From Nostoc sp. DedSLP01 (GTDB taxonomy: Bacteria > Cyanobacteriota > Cyanobacteriia > Cyanobacteriales > Nostocaceae), in assembly GCA_034530875.2 (NCBI GenBank), contig JAVRCJ020000027.1:32001-96000 (forward strand): a stretch of DNA of 64,000 bases, in the 5' to 3' direction. The notes beneath the pieces are model-generated. The model saw only the letters and a list, made by a program, of their open reading frames with translations, had not been told where the DNA came from and did not search any database. Shown in pieces: positions 36,797 through 47,296 of this stretch (its first letter is position 1; each line of letters starts with the position of its first letter). The position numbers and the translations under genes were made by a program.

Positions 36797-39700
36797 TCAA
36801 CATTTTTCATTTTGACCTTTGACAGCTAAAGCTTGATTAATTTGATTTAATAACTCTTCCATTGAAATCGATCGCGGTAATATTTGGGTAGCAAATGCAC
36901 GCACAATACTTTCTATCGATTCCAAAGCATTTTTCTTTTGCTTATCGATTTCCTTGTAATTTCCCGCATTTGCAGAAATAGTTTCTGGATGATTCAATGG
37001 CTGGTTGAGTACTAAAATTGGCGGTAATTGTAAGGGTGACTCTCCCAAAGTTTTCAATGCTTTGAGTACATCTTTATGAATAGCGAATTCCCCTAAACAA
37101 ATTAGTAATAAATCAACGCTTTGGTGACGAATTTGTTGTAAAACTTCCGCCCAACAAGGACTCATCGCTGCTTTAAAGCCTGCTGTTTGTAAGTATTGAA
37201 TTAAAGCTTGGAACCATTCAGACCCTCGTTCGGAAGTTTCACTAGTGATGGAGCAATTTTTTTCTGTACGATAACCTTTAGCTTGCTTGCGCCTTGCTTG
37301 TGGTAAATCCCGCAGGGTAGCCAAATCCACTACTAAGATGTTGGGAGGGCAGCAAATACCAGAAGCAATTTGCAGTACTGATAGTAAAGCATCTGTTTTC
37401 TCGGTGGGAGTGTTGCTGTCTTTTCCAAATGGTGTTAAGTAAGGAAATACAGATAATCCCGGTATTTGTGACGCTTTTAAGGTGGTTGCGACATCGCAAG
37501 TCACCAACGGTATGGCCGCTAAACGTGGGTGTTGAATTAGTTGTTGTAAATAAGTTTGGGCGGTAGTGCCATCTACATCAAGCAAAATGACATCAAATTG
37601 CCACACCCGCGCCAAGAGTTCTGCCTGGTCTAAGTCATCAACTTCAATCACTCGATGTTCTCGCAGTGAAGAATGAGAATTGACTGGTTCCAATTCAGGA
37701 TTCACCAACCTGAGAATTCGCAGTGGTGTCTTAGCTGCCAAACTCGCATTATTATCTGGACTTACCTGCAAAACTTCTTGCGGAGTACATAGTTTTTCTA
37801 ACAGCGGTGTCAAGACCTGATGTTCTACTGGCAAGCTTAAGAAACCATCGGCTCGGTTAGCAAATGCTTGCTCTTTTTCTGCTGCTGTTGCCGTGAGAAT
37901 TACCGATATATGACGAGTTGCGGCGTCAGATTTCAGCAAAGTCAGCACATCCCAGCCTGAAAGCAAGGGTAGTAAGGGATTGAGAAATATCGCTATTGGT
38001 TGCAAGCGCCGAGCTTTTTCTACCGCTTCTGTCCCCGATCGCGCAATCACTACGCGATATCCTAAACTTTTGAGTTGTTCGGTCAAATCTTCAATATATC
38101 GGGCTACTGCTTCGACTACTAAGACTAACCGCTGGGAACTCGTAGTATGATACTGCGGGGAAGCGACTTGCTGAAGACCTGCTGCGAGAATTTCTGGTGT
38201 CTGTTGCTGTAGTTTGGGGCTGTCTTCTGTGGTTTCGAGATCTGGTTCTGCAAAACCCGCTTTTGGAGGACTGGGTGGTAGTAGGAGGGTAAACTGACTG
38301 CCTTTACCTTCACGAGATAAAAAGCTGACATCTCCTCCATGCAGACGAGCCAAGGCGCGAGTTAATACCAGCCCCAAACCCGTGCCTTCAAATTGCCGAG
38401 TCAGAGGATTTTCTAGTTGTTGAAATTTCTGAAAGATTAAATGTTGCTGGTGTTCGGGAATGCCAATTCCGGTGTCCCAGACTGTAAAAGCAACCCATCC
38501 TTCCCAACGACTCACCCGCAGTCCAATTTCCCCTGATACTTCTGTGAATTTAAAAGCATTGGAAAGTAGATGAATCAGCATCTGCCGCAGGCGTAATTCA
38601 TCAGCAACGATTTTGTCTAAACCTGGTTCAATGCAAAGGCTGAATTGGGGAGCGACTGCACGTGTATTTTGAGTTGGGGATGTAACTACTTTGCTGCTTT
38701 GAGTGTGAATGCCTTTAGCCTCAGATAAAGCGCGATCGCACACTGCCCGAATTTTGACTGGGGCGAGTGTCAGCTCCATTTGTCCCGTTTCCATCCTGGT
38801 CAAATCTAAAATGTCATTGACCACACTCATCAGATGGCGTCCGCTTTGATGAATTAGTCCGGCATAACGGGCTTGACGTTCGTTGAGTTCTCCCAACTGC
38901 TGATCTACTAACAACCGGGATAATCCTAAAACAGCAGTTAGAGGAGTTTTCAGTTCGTGGCTAATACAAGCTAAAAACTCATCTTTCAAGCGATTTAGTT
39001 GAATTAAATCGGCATTCTTGGCTGCGAGTTCTTTGCAAAGCTGTTGCTGTTCGGTGACGTCAGTCGCCAACACTAACCACAGATCGGTATTGAGTGCCAT
39101 CTCTGATTCAGCACTCATAACTTTCAACTCTGGACTATCCAAAGGAATTTTGGCAAATTGCCAAATTCGTTCTTGACCGTTTTGCACTTCGACAACGCAA
39201 GTACAAGTACCTAGTTGACTGTCCAAAAAGCAACGACTGGATGTCGTTTCTGGAGTTGTTGGTTGTTCTCTGAGGTTGTTCAAATTAGACAAGCCCGATT
39301 GAGACGTAGCTTCACCCCTAACCAATATCCGTGGCGTTGGTTGTTCTTCCTCACCATTGGGATGAACTTTGATCCCTCGTTGCTTGATGTATTCTGGCTT
39401 CATGGCACGCACGGGGGTAAGTATTGCCTCCACCTGCTGCCTGACTCCTTCTGGGTCTTTTAAAACTCCTAATTGCTGCCACCAAGCTGGATTTTTGGCT
39501 ACTACCTCGCCAGTACCGGTTTCTAACATCAAAGGCCAAGGCAGTGTTTCCAGCAACTTCACCAGTGGCTTCTCTAGCAATGGCTTTGGTTGATGTGGCG
39601 TCTGTGCTTGGGAGCGAGCTGGCACGGGATTATAAACATGGGGATCCTCGCTAGAAATAGCCTTTGGAGCTATTTTTTCTTTAGCCAGCGATCGCAACAA

Positions 39701-40099
39701 GCGTGGAGTATCTACCAGACCCAAATATTTGCCGTCGGCATCAATCAACGCCCAATCCAAATTTGGCGATTTTTGGGCTTCTTGCTCCAATAAACGCCAG
39801 CTTAGTTGCTCTACGCGCTCAGAAACTGGTATTGTCTGTATTGGGTCCATGAGACCTCGACCCCAGATAGAGACTGATTGCTGTAAATTTAAACTTTTAT
39901 CGTCACTATGACTTAATAATTTTTGGATTAAACGTACAGAGGACAGCAATCCGATGGGGTATTGCTGTTGGTTCACTACTACCAAGCGATCGCACTGCTG
40001 TTTCTCAAAAATCTCCAGCACCGCCGCCAGGGTCGTTGTTTGGGGGCAGCTAGGTACGGTTGCTTGAAAGTCATAAAGCGGATAATCTAGCATTGACAT
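36797..40099 (-). CDS. hybrid histidine kinase: CBS-like N-terminus, HisKA/HATPase, three receiver-like domains
   Basis: SHELKTPL, LLSNAFKFT, DTGIGI, GTGLGL; start uncertain (40201, 40099 or 40093). Confidence 0.9.
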   Translation of the reverse strand: MSMLDYPLYDFQATVPSCPQTTTLAAVLEIFEKQQCDRLVVVNQQQYPIGLLSSVRLIQKLLSHSDDKSLNLQQSVSIWGRGLMDPIQTIPVSERVEQLSWRLLEQEAQKSPNLDWALIDADGKYLGLVDTPRLLRSLAKEKIAPKAISSEDPHVYNPVPARSQAQTPHQPKPLLEKPLVKLLETLPWPLMLETGTGEVVAKNPAWWQQLGVLKDPEGVRQQVEAILTPVRAMKPEYIKQRGIKVHPNGEEEQPTPRILVRGEATSQSGLSNLNNLREQPTTPETTSSRCFLDSQLGTCTCVVEVQNGQERIWQFAKIPLDSPELKVMSAESEMALNTDLWLVLATDVTEQQQLCKELAAKNADLIQLNRLKDEFLACISHELKTPLTAVLGLSRLLVDQQLGELNERQARYAGLIHQSGRHLMSVVNDILDLTRMETGQMELTLAPVKIRAVCDRALSEAKGIHTQSSKVVTSPTQNTRAVAPQFSLCIEPGLDKIVADELRLRQMLIHLLSNAFKFTEVSGEIGLRVSRWEGWVAFTVWDTGIGIPEHQQHLIFQKFQQLENPLTRQFEGTGLGLVLTRALARLHGGDVSFLSREGKGSQFTLLLPPSPPKAGFAEPDLETTEDSPKLQQQTPEILAAGLQQVASPQYHTTSSQRLVLVVEAVARYIEDLTEQLKSLGYRVVIARSGTEAVEKARRLQPIAIFLNPLLPLLSGWDVLTLLKSDAATRHISVILTATAAEKEQAFANRADGFLSLPVEHQVLTPLLEKLCTPQEVLQVSPDNNASLAAKTPLRILRLVNPELEPVNSHSSLREHRVIEVDDLDQAELLARVWQFDVILLDVDGTTAQTYLQQLIQHPRLAAIPLVTCDVATTLKASQIPGLSVFPYLTPFGKDSNTPTEKTDALLSVLQIASGICCPPNILVVDLATLRDLPQARRKQAKGYRTEKNCSITSETSERGSEWFQALIQYLQTAGFKAAMSPCWAEVLQQIRHQSVDLLLICLGEFAIHKDVLKALKTLGESPLQLPPILVLNQPLNHPETISANAGNYKEIDKQKKNALESIESIVRAFATQILPRSISMEELLNQINQALAVKGQNEKC

Positions 40100-40756
40100 A
40101 AGGCTTTGGGGGTGATTCTTCCTGCGGAAACCTCCGGCATTCCCATCTGCCAGTTGCCGATGTTCTTTAAGCCTGAAGCCATATCCTCTCAGAAGACTCA
40201 TATAAGCAATTTTTTAGTTAGGATTTCAACGCCATTCAAACAATGGGACTTGCACTCACGGACACCTGCTGGCGTCCTACCTTGAAAACACAGGCAACGT
40301 TTCTTTTTAGTGCTCCTCATTTCTAGCAAATAGCTTCACCAGCCTCTTACTGGTATTTAAACTCCTCATCGATAGCCACGGCTAAAACAATTATGGCGTC
40401 AAAGATTCGCTTTAGAACCTTGAGGAATTATAATGATTTAGAATGCGACAATCCTTTAAGTTCGTTTAAGTATCTTATCAAGGAGCAAAATAAAAAAGTC
40501 TATCTATCTCTATACATAGATATGCACATACAAATAATAAATTGTCGATACATACCTCATCTCAAATTTACTAAGTTTTACCACTCGCTACACCAAGTTG
40601 TTGAGTGGCTATAACTAGCTCTTAACACAGAATGTTCTTTTGGGGTGGAACCACAAGTTTACTGCACACCCAGTATTTATCCTAGAAGTGTTTGCCATAT
40701 ATAGAATCAGCCCGCGCTTCTTGGTCAAGCCGATCGCGTAGATAGATAGACAATAA

Positions 40757-41338
40757 ATGTTATTACCTATATTGATTTTGCAACGTGTTATTAACAAATA
40801 TTTAAGCAATCCAGCCGATTTAGCCAACAGAAATTGTCTATTTGCGTGGCTATTTGAGTTAATTTCCAGTATTCTTAGCCAATTTTACTATTTGCCTATT
40901 GCTGTAACTACCTCTATAACTATTAACTCTTCCTCACATTGGTTGCAACGCCAGCCAACTCAAACAGATAATGGTAAATATTTATATATATTCGCCAGTC
41001 ATTCGCAAAAAAGGCAGCAGCATTTCCAGCAAATGACTCTCGCAGAACGTCAAGAATTATTAAATCAGCTTAAATTAGATTACAGCCAAATTCTTTTGGA
41101 ATACTTTACGACAGATAAAACACTTAAAGAAAAAATCGATAAATTTATCAATACTATATTTTATGCTAATATTCCTGTGCCCCAAATTATCGAAATTCAC
41201 ATGGAAGTAATTGATGAATTTTCCAAACAGCTAAAATTAGAAGGAAGGAGCGATGAAGCTTTACTAGATTACCGTTTGACCTTAATAGATATTTTGGCTA
41301 ACCTATGCGAAGTCTATAGATCTTCGATTTTTAAATAA
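40757..41338 (+). CDS. kaiA: circadian clock protein KaiA (short Nostocales type; alternative start 41033)
   Basis: IIEIHMEVIDEFSKQLKLEGRSDEALLDYRLTLIDILANLCEVYR. Confidence 0.93.
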   Translation: MLLPILILQRVINKYLSNPADLANRNCLFAWLFELISSILSQFYYLPIAVTTSITINSSSHWLQRQPTQTDNGKYLYIFASHSQKRQQHFQQMTLAERQELLNQLKLDYSQILLEYFTTDKTLKEKIDKFINTIFYANIPVPQIIEIHMEVIDEFSKQLKLEGRSDEALLDYRLTLIDILANLCEVYRSSIFK

Positions 41339-41443
41339 ATTAAATCCTCGATGTTCCAATCAGCACAAACTACAGTTGTTAGTTACCTCCAATGCTCGAT
41401 AGAATCTTGTATTTTTCTTGCGATCGTTAGCCTGTAACTTATT

Positions 41444-41758
41444 ATGAATAAAGCCAGAAAGACTTATGTTCTCAAGCTTTATGTAGCAGGGAACACCCCT
41501 AACTCAGTACGGGCGTTAAAAACACTCAAAAATATTTTAGAACAGGAGTTTGAAGGTGTTTATGCTTTAAAAGTGATCGATGTCCTCAAAAGCCCGCAGC
41601 TGGCCGAAGAAGATAAAATATTGGCGACGCCAACATTATCTAAAATTTTGCCTCCTCCTGTTCGCAAAATTATCGGCGATCTTTCAGATAGAGAACGAGT
41701 ATTGATTGGATTAGATTTACTGTATGAAGAACTAAGTGAAGAAGATTTTACAGAATAA
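41444..41758 (+). CDS. kaiB: circadian clock protein KaiB
   Basis: [25 protein letters not shown]. Confidence 0.98.
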   Translation: MNKARKTYVLKLYVAGNTPNSVRALKTLKNILEQEFEGVYALKVIDVLKSPQLAEEDKILATPTLSKILPPPVRKIIGDLSDRERVLIGLDLLYEELSEEDFTE

Positions 41759-41835
41759 AAAATTTAATCATAAGAAAATTGTAGCCACAGTGTTAGTAAT
41801 AAAAACAGGGTTTCATACCCATTTGCGATCGAACA

Positions 41836-43398
41836 ATGAGTGAAAAAGAGCCAATAGAACTAAAGAAACCCCCGTTAATTGGGGGTGTAGAGAAAATTCG
41901 CACGATGATTGAGGGGTTTGATGACATTAGTCATGGTGGATTGCCCGTTGGTAGAACTACCTTGATTAGCGGCACCTCAGGTACGGGAAAAACTTTATTA
42001 TCTCTTCAGTTTCTTTATAACGGTATTACTTACTTTGACGAACCAGGAGTATTTGTTACCTTTGAAGAATCGCCCAGTGATATTATTAAAAACGCTCATA
42101 TTTTTGGCTGGAATTTGCCACGCTTAATTGAAGAAGGCAAATTATTTATTCTCGATGCATCTCCCGATCCAGAAGGTCAAGATATCGTTGGTAACTTTGA
42201 CCTTTCTGCACTCATTGAGCGCTTGCAATATGCTATTCGTAAATATAAAGCAAAACGAGTTTCCATAGACTCAATCACAGCAGTCTTTCAGCAGTATGAA
42301 GCAATGGGAGTGGTGCGTCGCGAAATCTTTCGCCTGGTAGCACGCCTCAAACAATTGAGTGTCACCACTGTTATTACCACCGAACGCAGCGAAGAATACG
42401 GCCCTGTTGCGTCTTTTGGAGTCGAAGAATTTGTTTCCGATAATGTCGTAATTGTTCGCAATGTTTTAGAAGGAGAACGCCGCCGCCGCACAATTGAAAT
42501 TCTCAAATTGCGCGGTACAACTCACATGAAAGGCGAGTATCCTTTCACAATTACCAACGAAGGAGTCAACATCTTTCCATTGGGGGCAATGCGCTTGACT
42601 CAACGTTCTTCTAATGTCAGAGTATCCTCTGGCGTCAAAACTTTAGATCAAATGTGCGGCGGTGGTTTCTTCAAAGATTCAATCATATTAGCAACGGGAG
42701 CTACAGGTACCGGCAAAACTCTACTAGTAAGTAAATTTATTCAAGATGGTTGTCTCAATGGAGAACAAGCAATCTTATTTGCTTATGAAGAATCACGCGC
42801 CCAACTATCTCGTAACGCTTCTTCTTGGGGAATTGATTTTGAAGAATTAGAACATCAAGGTTTATTAAAAATAATTTGTACCTACCCCGAATCAACTGGC
42901 TTAGAAGACCACTTACAAATTATTAAATCAGAAATTGCTGTTTTTAAACCAGCTCGTATCGCCATTGATTCACTTTCAGCACTAGCTAGAGGAGTAAGTA
43001 ATAATGCATTTCGACAGTTTGTAATTGGTGTTACAGGTTATGCCAAACAAGAAGAAATTACGGGTTTCTTTACTAACACAACCGACCAATTTATGGGATC
43101 GCATTCAATTACAGACTCTCATATTTCCACGATTACCGATACAATTTTGATGTTACAGTACGTAGAAATTCGTGGAGAAATGTCGCGGGCAATTAACGTA
43201 TTTAAAATGAGAGGGTCTTGGCACGATAAGGGGATCCGCGAGTATAATATCACTGCCGACGGGCCAGAAATTAAAGATTCATTCCGGAATTACGAACGGA
43301 TTGTTAGTGGTGCTCCTACTCGCGTTAGCATCGATGAAAAGGCGGAACTTTCTCGCATTGTTAAACGTTTTGAGGATAAACAGAGTTCCGAATCCTAG
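41836..43398 (+). CDS. kaiC: circadian clock protein KaiC
   Basis: two RecA-like domains (GTSGTGKT, GATGTGKT), DSHISTITD phosphosites. Confidence 0.98.
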   Translation: MSEKEPIELKKPPLIGGVEKIRTMIEGFDDISHGGLPVGRTTLISGTSGTGKTLLSLQFLYNGITYFDEPGVFVTFEESPSDIIKNAHIFGWNLPRLIEEGKLFILDASPDPEGQDIVGNFDLSALIERLQYAIRKYKAKRVSIDSITAVFQQYEAMGVVRREIFRLVARLKQLSVTTVITTERSEEYGPVASFGVEEFVSDNVVIVRNVLEGERRRRTIEILKLRGTTHMKGEYPFTITNEGVNIFPLGAMRLTQRSSNVRVSSGVKTLDQMCGGGFFKDSIILATGATGTGKTLLVSKFIQDGCLNGEQAILFAYEESRAQLSRNASSWGIDFEELEHQGLLKIICTYPESTGLEDHLQIIKSEIAVFKPARIAIDSLSALARGVSNNAFRQFVIGVTGYAKQEEITGFFTNTTDQFMGSHSITDSHISTITDTILMLQYVEIRGEMSRAINVFKMRGSWHDKGIREYNITADGPEIKDSFRNYERIVSGAPTRVSIDEKAELSRIVKRFEDKQSSES

Positions 43399-43502
43399 AT
43401 TTAGTATCGTAGTATATTCATTTCTAAATTTAGTATCGTGCTATATTCTGTGGTGAAGAAAGGTTTTCTGCCGCTAGATTGATTTTCGTGTGAGGGGACG
43501 CG

Positions 43503-45749
43503 GTGAAAGGACAGCAATTATTCCATAGCTTCTTGCCTGGTGTTACAGCAGCGGTCTTAACAACTCAGCCTGCTTGGGCTGATACTGTGAAAGTAAGTGG
43601 GGTACAGCTGGCGTCTTCTTCAAGTGCTTTGACTTCTACTTATAGTCAAACCTTAGTTGTAGACTTCATGAATACGCAATTGCCTAAAACAGCAAATGTT
43701 AGTATTCCAACCCTATTACCTGCTCCTGGTTTTACTAAGTTTAATGTAAAGCCTTTAAGTAATAACAGTATTCCAGTTTTTATGGCTGAAAATACTGATG
43801 TGCCAATAAAACAAGTAGCTCAAAAAGATAAAGGTAGACTTTTGGGTTTAACGGCTACCTCTGGTTCTTCCCAACAGCCAGATATCAACCGTTCTCTTAA
43901 AAGCAATCAAAAACAGAGCAATTCAAGCCCTTATTGGCAAAAGTTAAAGAAGACAGTAGTTCCTGACTACACTTCCAAATCTGCTTCTGCCGAAAAAGAA
44001 ATTTTGTCTGTGTCTTCACAGCAGCCAGTGGTTCAAAAGATAAATACTGTTAGTCAGTTACAGACACTTTTACAAACCTCAAGTAAAGATGTAAGAGCAG
44101 CAAAACTGTTGTCAGTCAACAACTGTCAACAGCAGGAGTTGGGAAAAAGCACAATTAATTCGTCCGCTGCTTTGCTCCTAGCCTCAAACACCTGTCTAAA
44201 ACAAAATGCTCTTGACAAACGCCTAGCTCAAAGTAATACCACAGTTCCCACAGAGTCAACACCGTCTCCTAGTTTACCAGGAAGCTTAACTCCCGCACCA
44301 GGAGGTTCGGCACCAAATCCTACTGTGCCAGGAAGCCTAACTCCTGCACCAGGAAGTTCCACACCAACTCCTACGGTACCAACCAGCGTAACTCCTGTAC
44401 CTTCAGGCCCGGTGCAAATTCCTGAGAATCTGATTCCGAATGCAAATCCCCTGCAATTTCCTACCAAACCGGGGGAAGTGACATTCCAGGGAAATCAGCC
44501 GATTACTTTGGCACAAGCTTTGGAGTTAGCACGGCGTAACAATCGGGATTTACAGGTGTCGCTATTGGAGTTGGAACGCAGCCGCTATGCTTTGAGAGAG
44601 GCGGAAGCAACTTTATTGCCGACTCTGGGAGTGAATGCGGATATCACTCGCGGTCAATCTTCTAGTAGCCAGCTTGGGGCCGAACAACAGGAACGACAAA
44701 CTGGCTTGCCTTCTAATGGCGATGAGGCAAGTACACGTTTTTCTGGACAAGCACAACTGTCTTATGACTTATATACCTCTGGGTTAAATAAAGCCCGGAG
44801 AAACGCTGCTAGGGAACAGGTACGGTTCAATGAGTTGGCTGTAGAAGCTCAGTCAGAAGAAATTCGTTTGAATGTGACGACTGACTACTACAATTTACAG
44901 CAAGCAGACGAACAAGTACGCATTGCTCAGTCAGCCGTACAGAATTCCGAAGCTAGTTTGCGCGATGCAGAAGCTTTAGAGCGAGCTGGGGTTGGTACGC
45001 GGTTCGACGTGCTGCGTTCTCAGGTGAATTTAGCAAACGCCCAGCAAGATTTAACTAATGCTAGATCTCAGCAGGCAATTGCCCGTCGTCAGTTGGCAAC
45101 TCGGATAAGTTTGCCCCAGGGGGTTAATATCAGTGCCGCCGACCCCGTACAGTTAGCTGGTCTTTGGGATCTGACGTTAGAAGAAAGTATCGTGCGAGCT
45201 TTTCAAAACCGCCCGGAACTGCAACAACAGTTGGCACAACGTAATATTAACGAGCAACAGCGTCGGCAAGCCCTTGCAGAACTCGGCCCTCAAGTTAGTT
45301 TGGTAGCCACCTACGACCTGCTAGATCAGTTTGATGATAGCGTTAGCGTTACAGATGGTTATTCATTTGGAGTTCGAGCAACCCTAAATTTATTTGATGG
45401 GGGAGCAGCAAGAGCTAGAGCAGCTCAGCAAAGAACTAATATTGCGATCGCAGAAACTCAATTTGCCCAACAGCGCGACCAAATTCGCTTTCAAGTAGAA
45501 CAAGCCTTTTCTAACCAGCAATCTAATTTGGAAAACGTGCAAACCGCTAATACAGCTTTAGAGCAAGCTAGAGAAGCTCTACGTTTAGCGCGTTTGCGAT
45601 TCCAAGCTGGTGTAGGTACTCAAACTGATGTCATTAACTCTGAAAACGATTTAACAAGAGCTGAAGGTAATCGAGTCGCAGCAATTTTGGATTACAACCG
45701 TGCTTTAGCTCAACTGCAACGGTCTGTTACCCTCAGAGGACTCCGCTAA
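43503..45749 (+). CDS. tolC: TolC family outer-membrane efflux protein (HgdD-like) with long low-complexity N-terminus
   Basis: ITLAQALELARRNN, AGVGTRFDVL, RFQAGVGTQTDVI; position after kaiC as recalled for Anabaena hgdD. Confidence 0.9.
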   Translation: MKGQQLFHSFLPGVTAAVLTTQPAWADTVKVSGVQLASSSSALTSTYSQTLVVDFMNTQLPKTANVSIPTLLPAPGFTKFNVKPLSNNSIPVFMAENTDVPIKQVAQKDKGRLLGLTATSGSSQQPDINRSLKSNQKQSNSSPYWQKLKKTVVPDYTSKSASAEKEILSVSSQQPVVQKINTVSQLQTLLQTSSKDVRAAKLLSVNNCQQQELGKSTINSSAALLLASNTCLKQNALDKRLAQSNTTVPTESTPSPSLPGSLTPAPGGSAPNPTVPGSLTPAPGSSTPTPTVPTSVTPVPSGPVQIPENLIPNANPLQFPTKPGEVTFQGNQPITLAQALELARRNNRDLQVSLLELERSRYALREAEATLLPTLGVNADITRGQSSSSQLGAEQQERQTGLPSNGDEASTRFSGQAQLSYDLYTSGLNKARRNAAREQVRFNELAVEAQSEEIRLNVTTDYYNLQQADEQVRIAQSAVQNSEASLRDAEALERAGVGTRFDVLRSQVNLANAQQDLTNARSQQAIARRQLATRISLPQGVNISAADPVQLAGLWDLTLEESIVRAFQNRPELQQQLAQRNINEQQRRQALAELGPQVSLVATYDLLDQFDDSVSVTDGYSFGVRATLNLFDGGAARARAAQQRTNIAIAETQFAQQRDQIRFQVEQAFSNQQSNLENVQTANTALEQAREALRLARLRFQAGVGTQTDVINSENDLTRAEGNRVAAILDYNRALAQLQRSVTLRGLR

Positions 45750-45857
45750 TTACCCCAAACTCAACCACATCAGAGAATTGAGTAGCCTTTCTCATGAAAA
45801 GCTCCCTAAAGCCTCATCTTTCAGCGATTAAACTGGAAAATGAGGTTTTTTGTTAAA

Positions 45858-46010
45858 TGGGCATTGGGCATTGAGGAAGCAGGAGGTGTGGGAGGACGAG
45901 GAAGAAATCTTTCCCCCCAGACTCCCCTCTTTCCCCACACTCGCCTGCCTGCCTAAACAGATAAATTTCCTTAACCCAAGCGTATTGCCCCATACCCTAT
46001 GCCCAATGCG
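45858..46010. repeat. STRR composite element with GAAGAAATCTTTCC core
   Basis: core at 45901-45914, also at 51320-51333 and inverted at 35381-35394. Confidence 0.8.
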
Positions 46011-46100
46011 CATTTTTCATATCAAGTGGCAAAATTGAACTAACATAACTGAGTGTTCGTAGTTTACCGCCGTAGGCATCGCTCGCCTCGTCAAAGATTC

Positions 46101-46478
46101 ATGACTAAAGTAACACCGAAAGAAATTGCACAGTTTCGCTCTCAATTGGCAGACGATCCCAGCGATATGGAAGCGCTGGACTTGATTGAAGACTGTGATG
46201 GAGATTTAGAGGATGCAGCCATGACGCTAGCTATCCGCGCAGGACAACAACCAGAGAGAGCAAATTCTGAATGGTTAGATGCTTTGGCTAGAAAATGGCG
46301 TGCGGTCATTTGCGAACAAGAATTCCGGGAAGATTTGCTCAATAATTCAATGGCGAAGATGCTGGAACAGCTCAAAACAACGCCAACGTTTCCCAAGATT
46401 TTGGCAACTCCGGTTTTAATTTATGTCCTCAAGCAAGGCGCGAACAATTTTTGTGAGCCACTAGATTTGTTAAAGTGA
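46101..46478 (+). CDS. conserved cyanobacterial hypothetical protein
   Basis: ALDLIEDCDGDLEDAA; likely start MTKVT. Confidence 0.75.
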   Translation: MTKVTPKEIAQFRSQLADDPSDMEALDLIEDCDGDLEDAAMTLAIRAGQQPERANSEWLDALARKWRAVICEQEFREDLLNNSMAKMLEQLKTTPTFPKILATPVLIYVLKQGANNFCEPLDLLK

Positions 46479-46696
46479 GGGATTGGGGACTGGGGATTGG
46501 AAAGTCAACAGTTAAACGATTTGTAACTTAAGTTGACACCAATCAACACCTATTCCCTACCTGTGTGCGCAATTCTGACTCCTGAATTCTGACTCCTGAC
46601 TCCTGAATTCTAACTTCTGACTTCTGCCTCATGCCTACAGGACTGATACGCTGTTAATTAAGGCAAAAATTTTATTAGACAAGTATTGTAGTATCA

Positions 46697-47203
46697 ATGA
46701 ATTACCTTGTTGCCGTATTACCAGACCGGATTCAAGCTGAAGCTGCTTACTTAGCTTTAGAAAAAGAAGGGATAAAGAGTACTATCCTGGGGAAGGGGTA
46801 TAAAAGCGCTGATGAGTTTGGCTTAATTGACCCCAAAGACCAAGCCAAGAAGCAAGCACGGCTCATGGCAACCTGGCTGATACCATTCGGCTTTTTTGCA
46901 GGTTTCACCTTCAGCCTAATAACTGGTTTGCATACTTTTGCCTGGGCGGGTGAAGTTGGCAATCACATTATTGGTGGACTACTGGGCGCTGGTAGTGGTG
47001 CTATGGGTGGTGTGTTTGTGGGTGGCGGAGTTGGTTTACTCGTAGGTAGCGGTGATGCTTTACCCTACCGTAACCGTTTGGATGCGGGTAAATACTTAAT
47101 TGCAGTTGAAGGTTCTGAAATTCTCACTCGTCAGGCAACCAGGATATTACGGCAATTTGAACCGGAAAATATCCAGGGTTATGCAGATACGAGTAATGTG
47201 TAG
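46697..47203 (+). CDS. membrane protein with Gly-rich TM segments
   Basis: MNYLVAVL..WLIPFGF..GGLLGAGSGAMG..YRNRLDAGKYL. Confidence 0.8.
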   Translation: MNYLVAVLPDRIQAEAAYLALEKEGIKSTILGKGYKSADEFGLIDPKDQAKKQARLMATWLIPFGFFAGFTFSLITGLHTFAWAGEVGNHIIGGLLGAGSGAMGGVFVGGGVGLLVGSGDALPYRNRLDAGKYLIAVEGSEILTRQATRILRQFEPENIQGYADTSNV

Positions 47204-47296
47204 CGAATGAATCATAATTTACACATTACAGCACAAATGACTAATGTACAGACGCGATTAATCGCGTCTCTACTAATAATTAAGAACTAATTCAGA

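Noticed and set aside
40393..40827. ORFs 40393-40614 and 40615-40827 in the kinase/kaiA gap
   Set aside because: No recognisable motifs; more likely promoter and leader DNA
44270..44400. PGSLTPAPG repeats in TolC and the 18-bp SPKPTV repeat in the PstS-like gene (about 29951-29997)
   Set aside because: Ordinary Pro/Ser/Thr linker duplications
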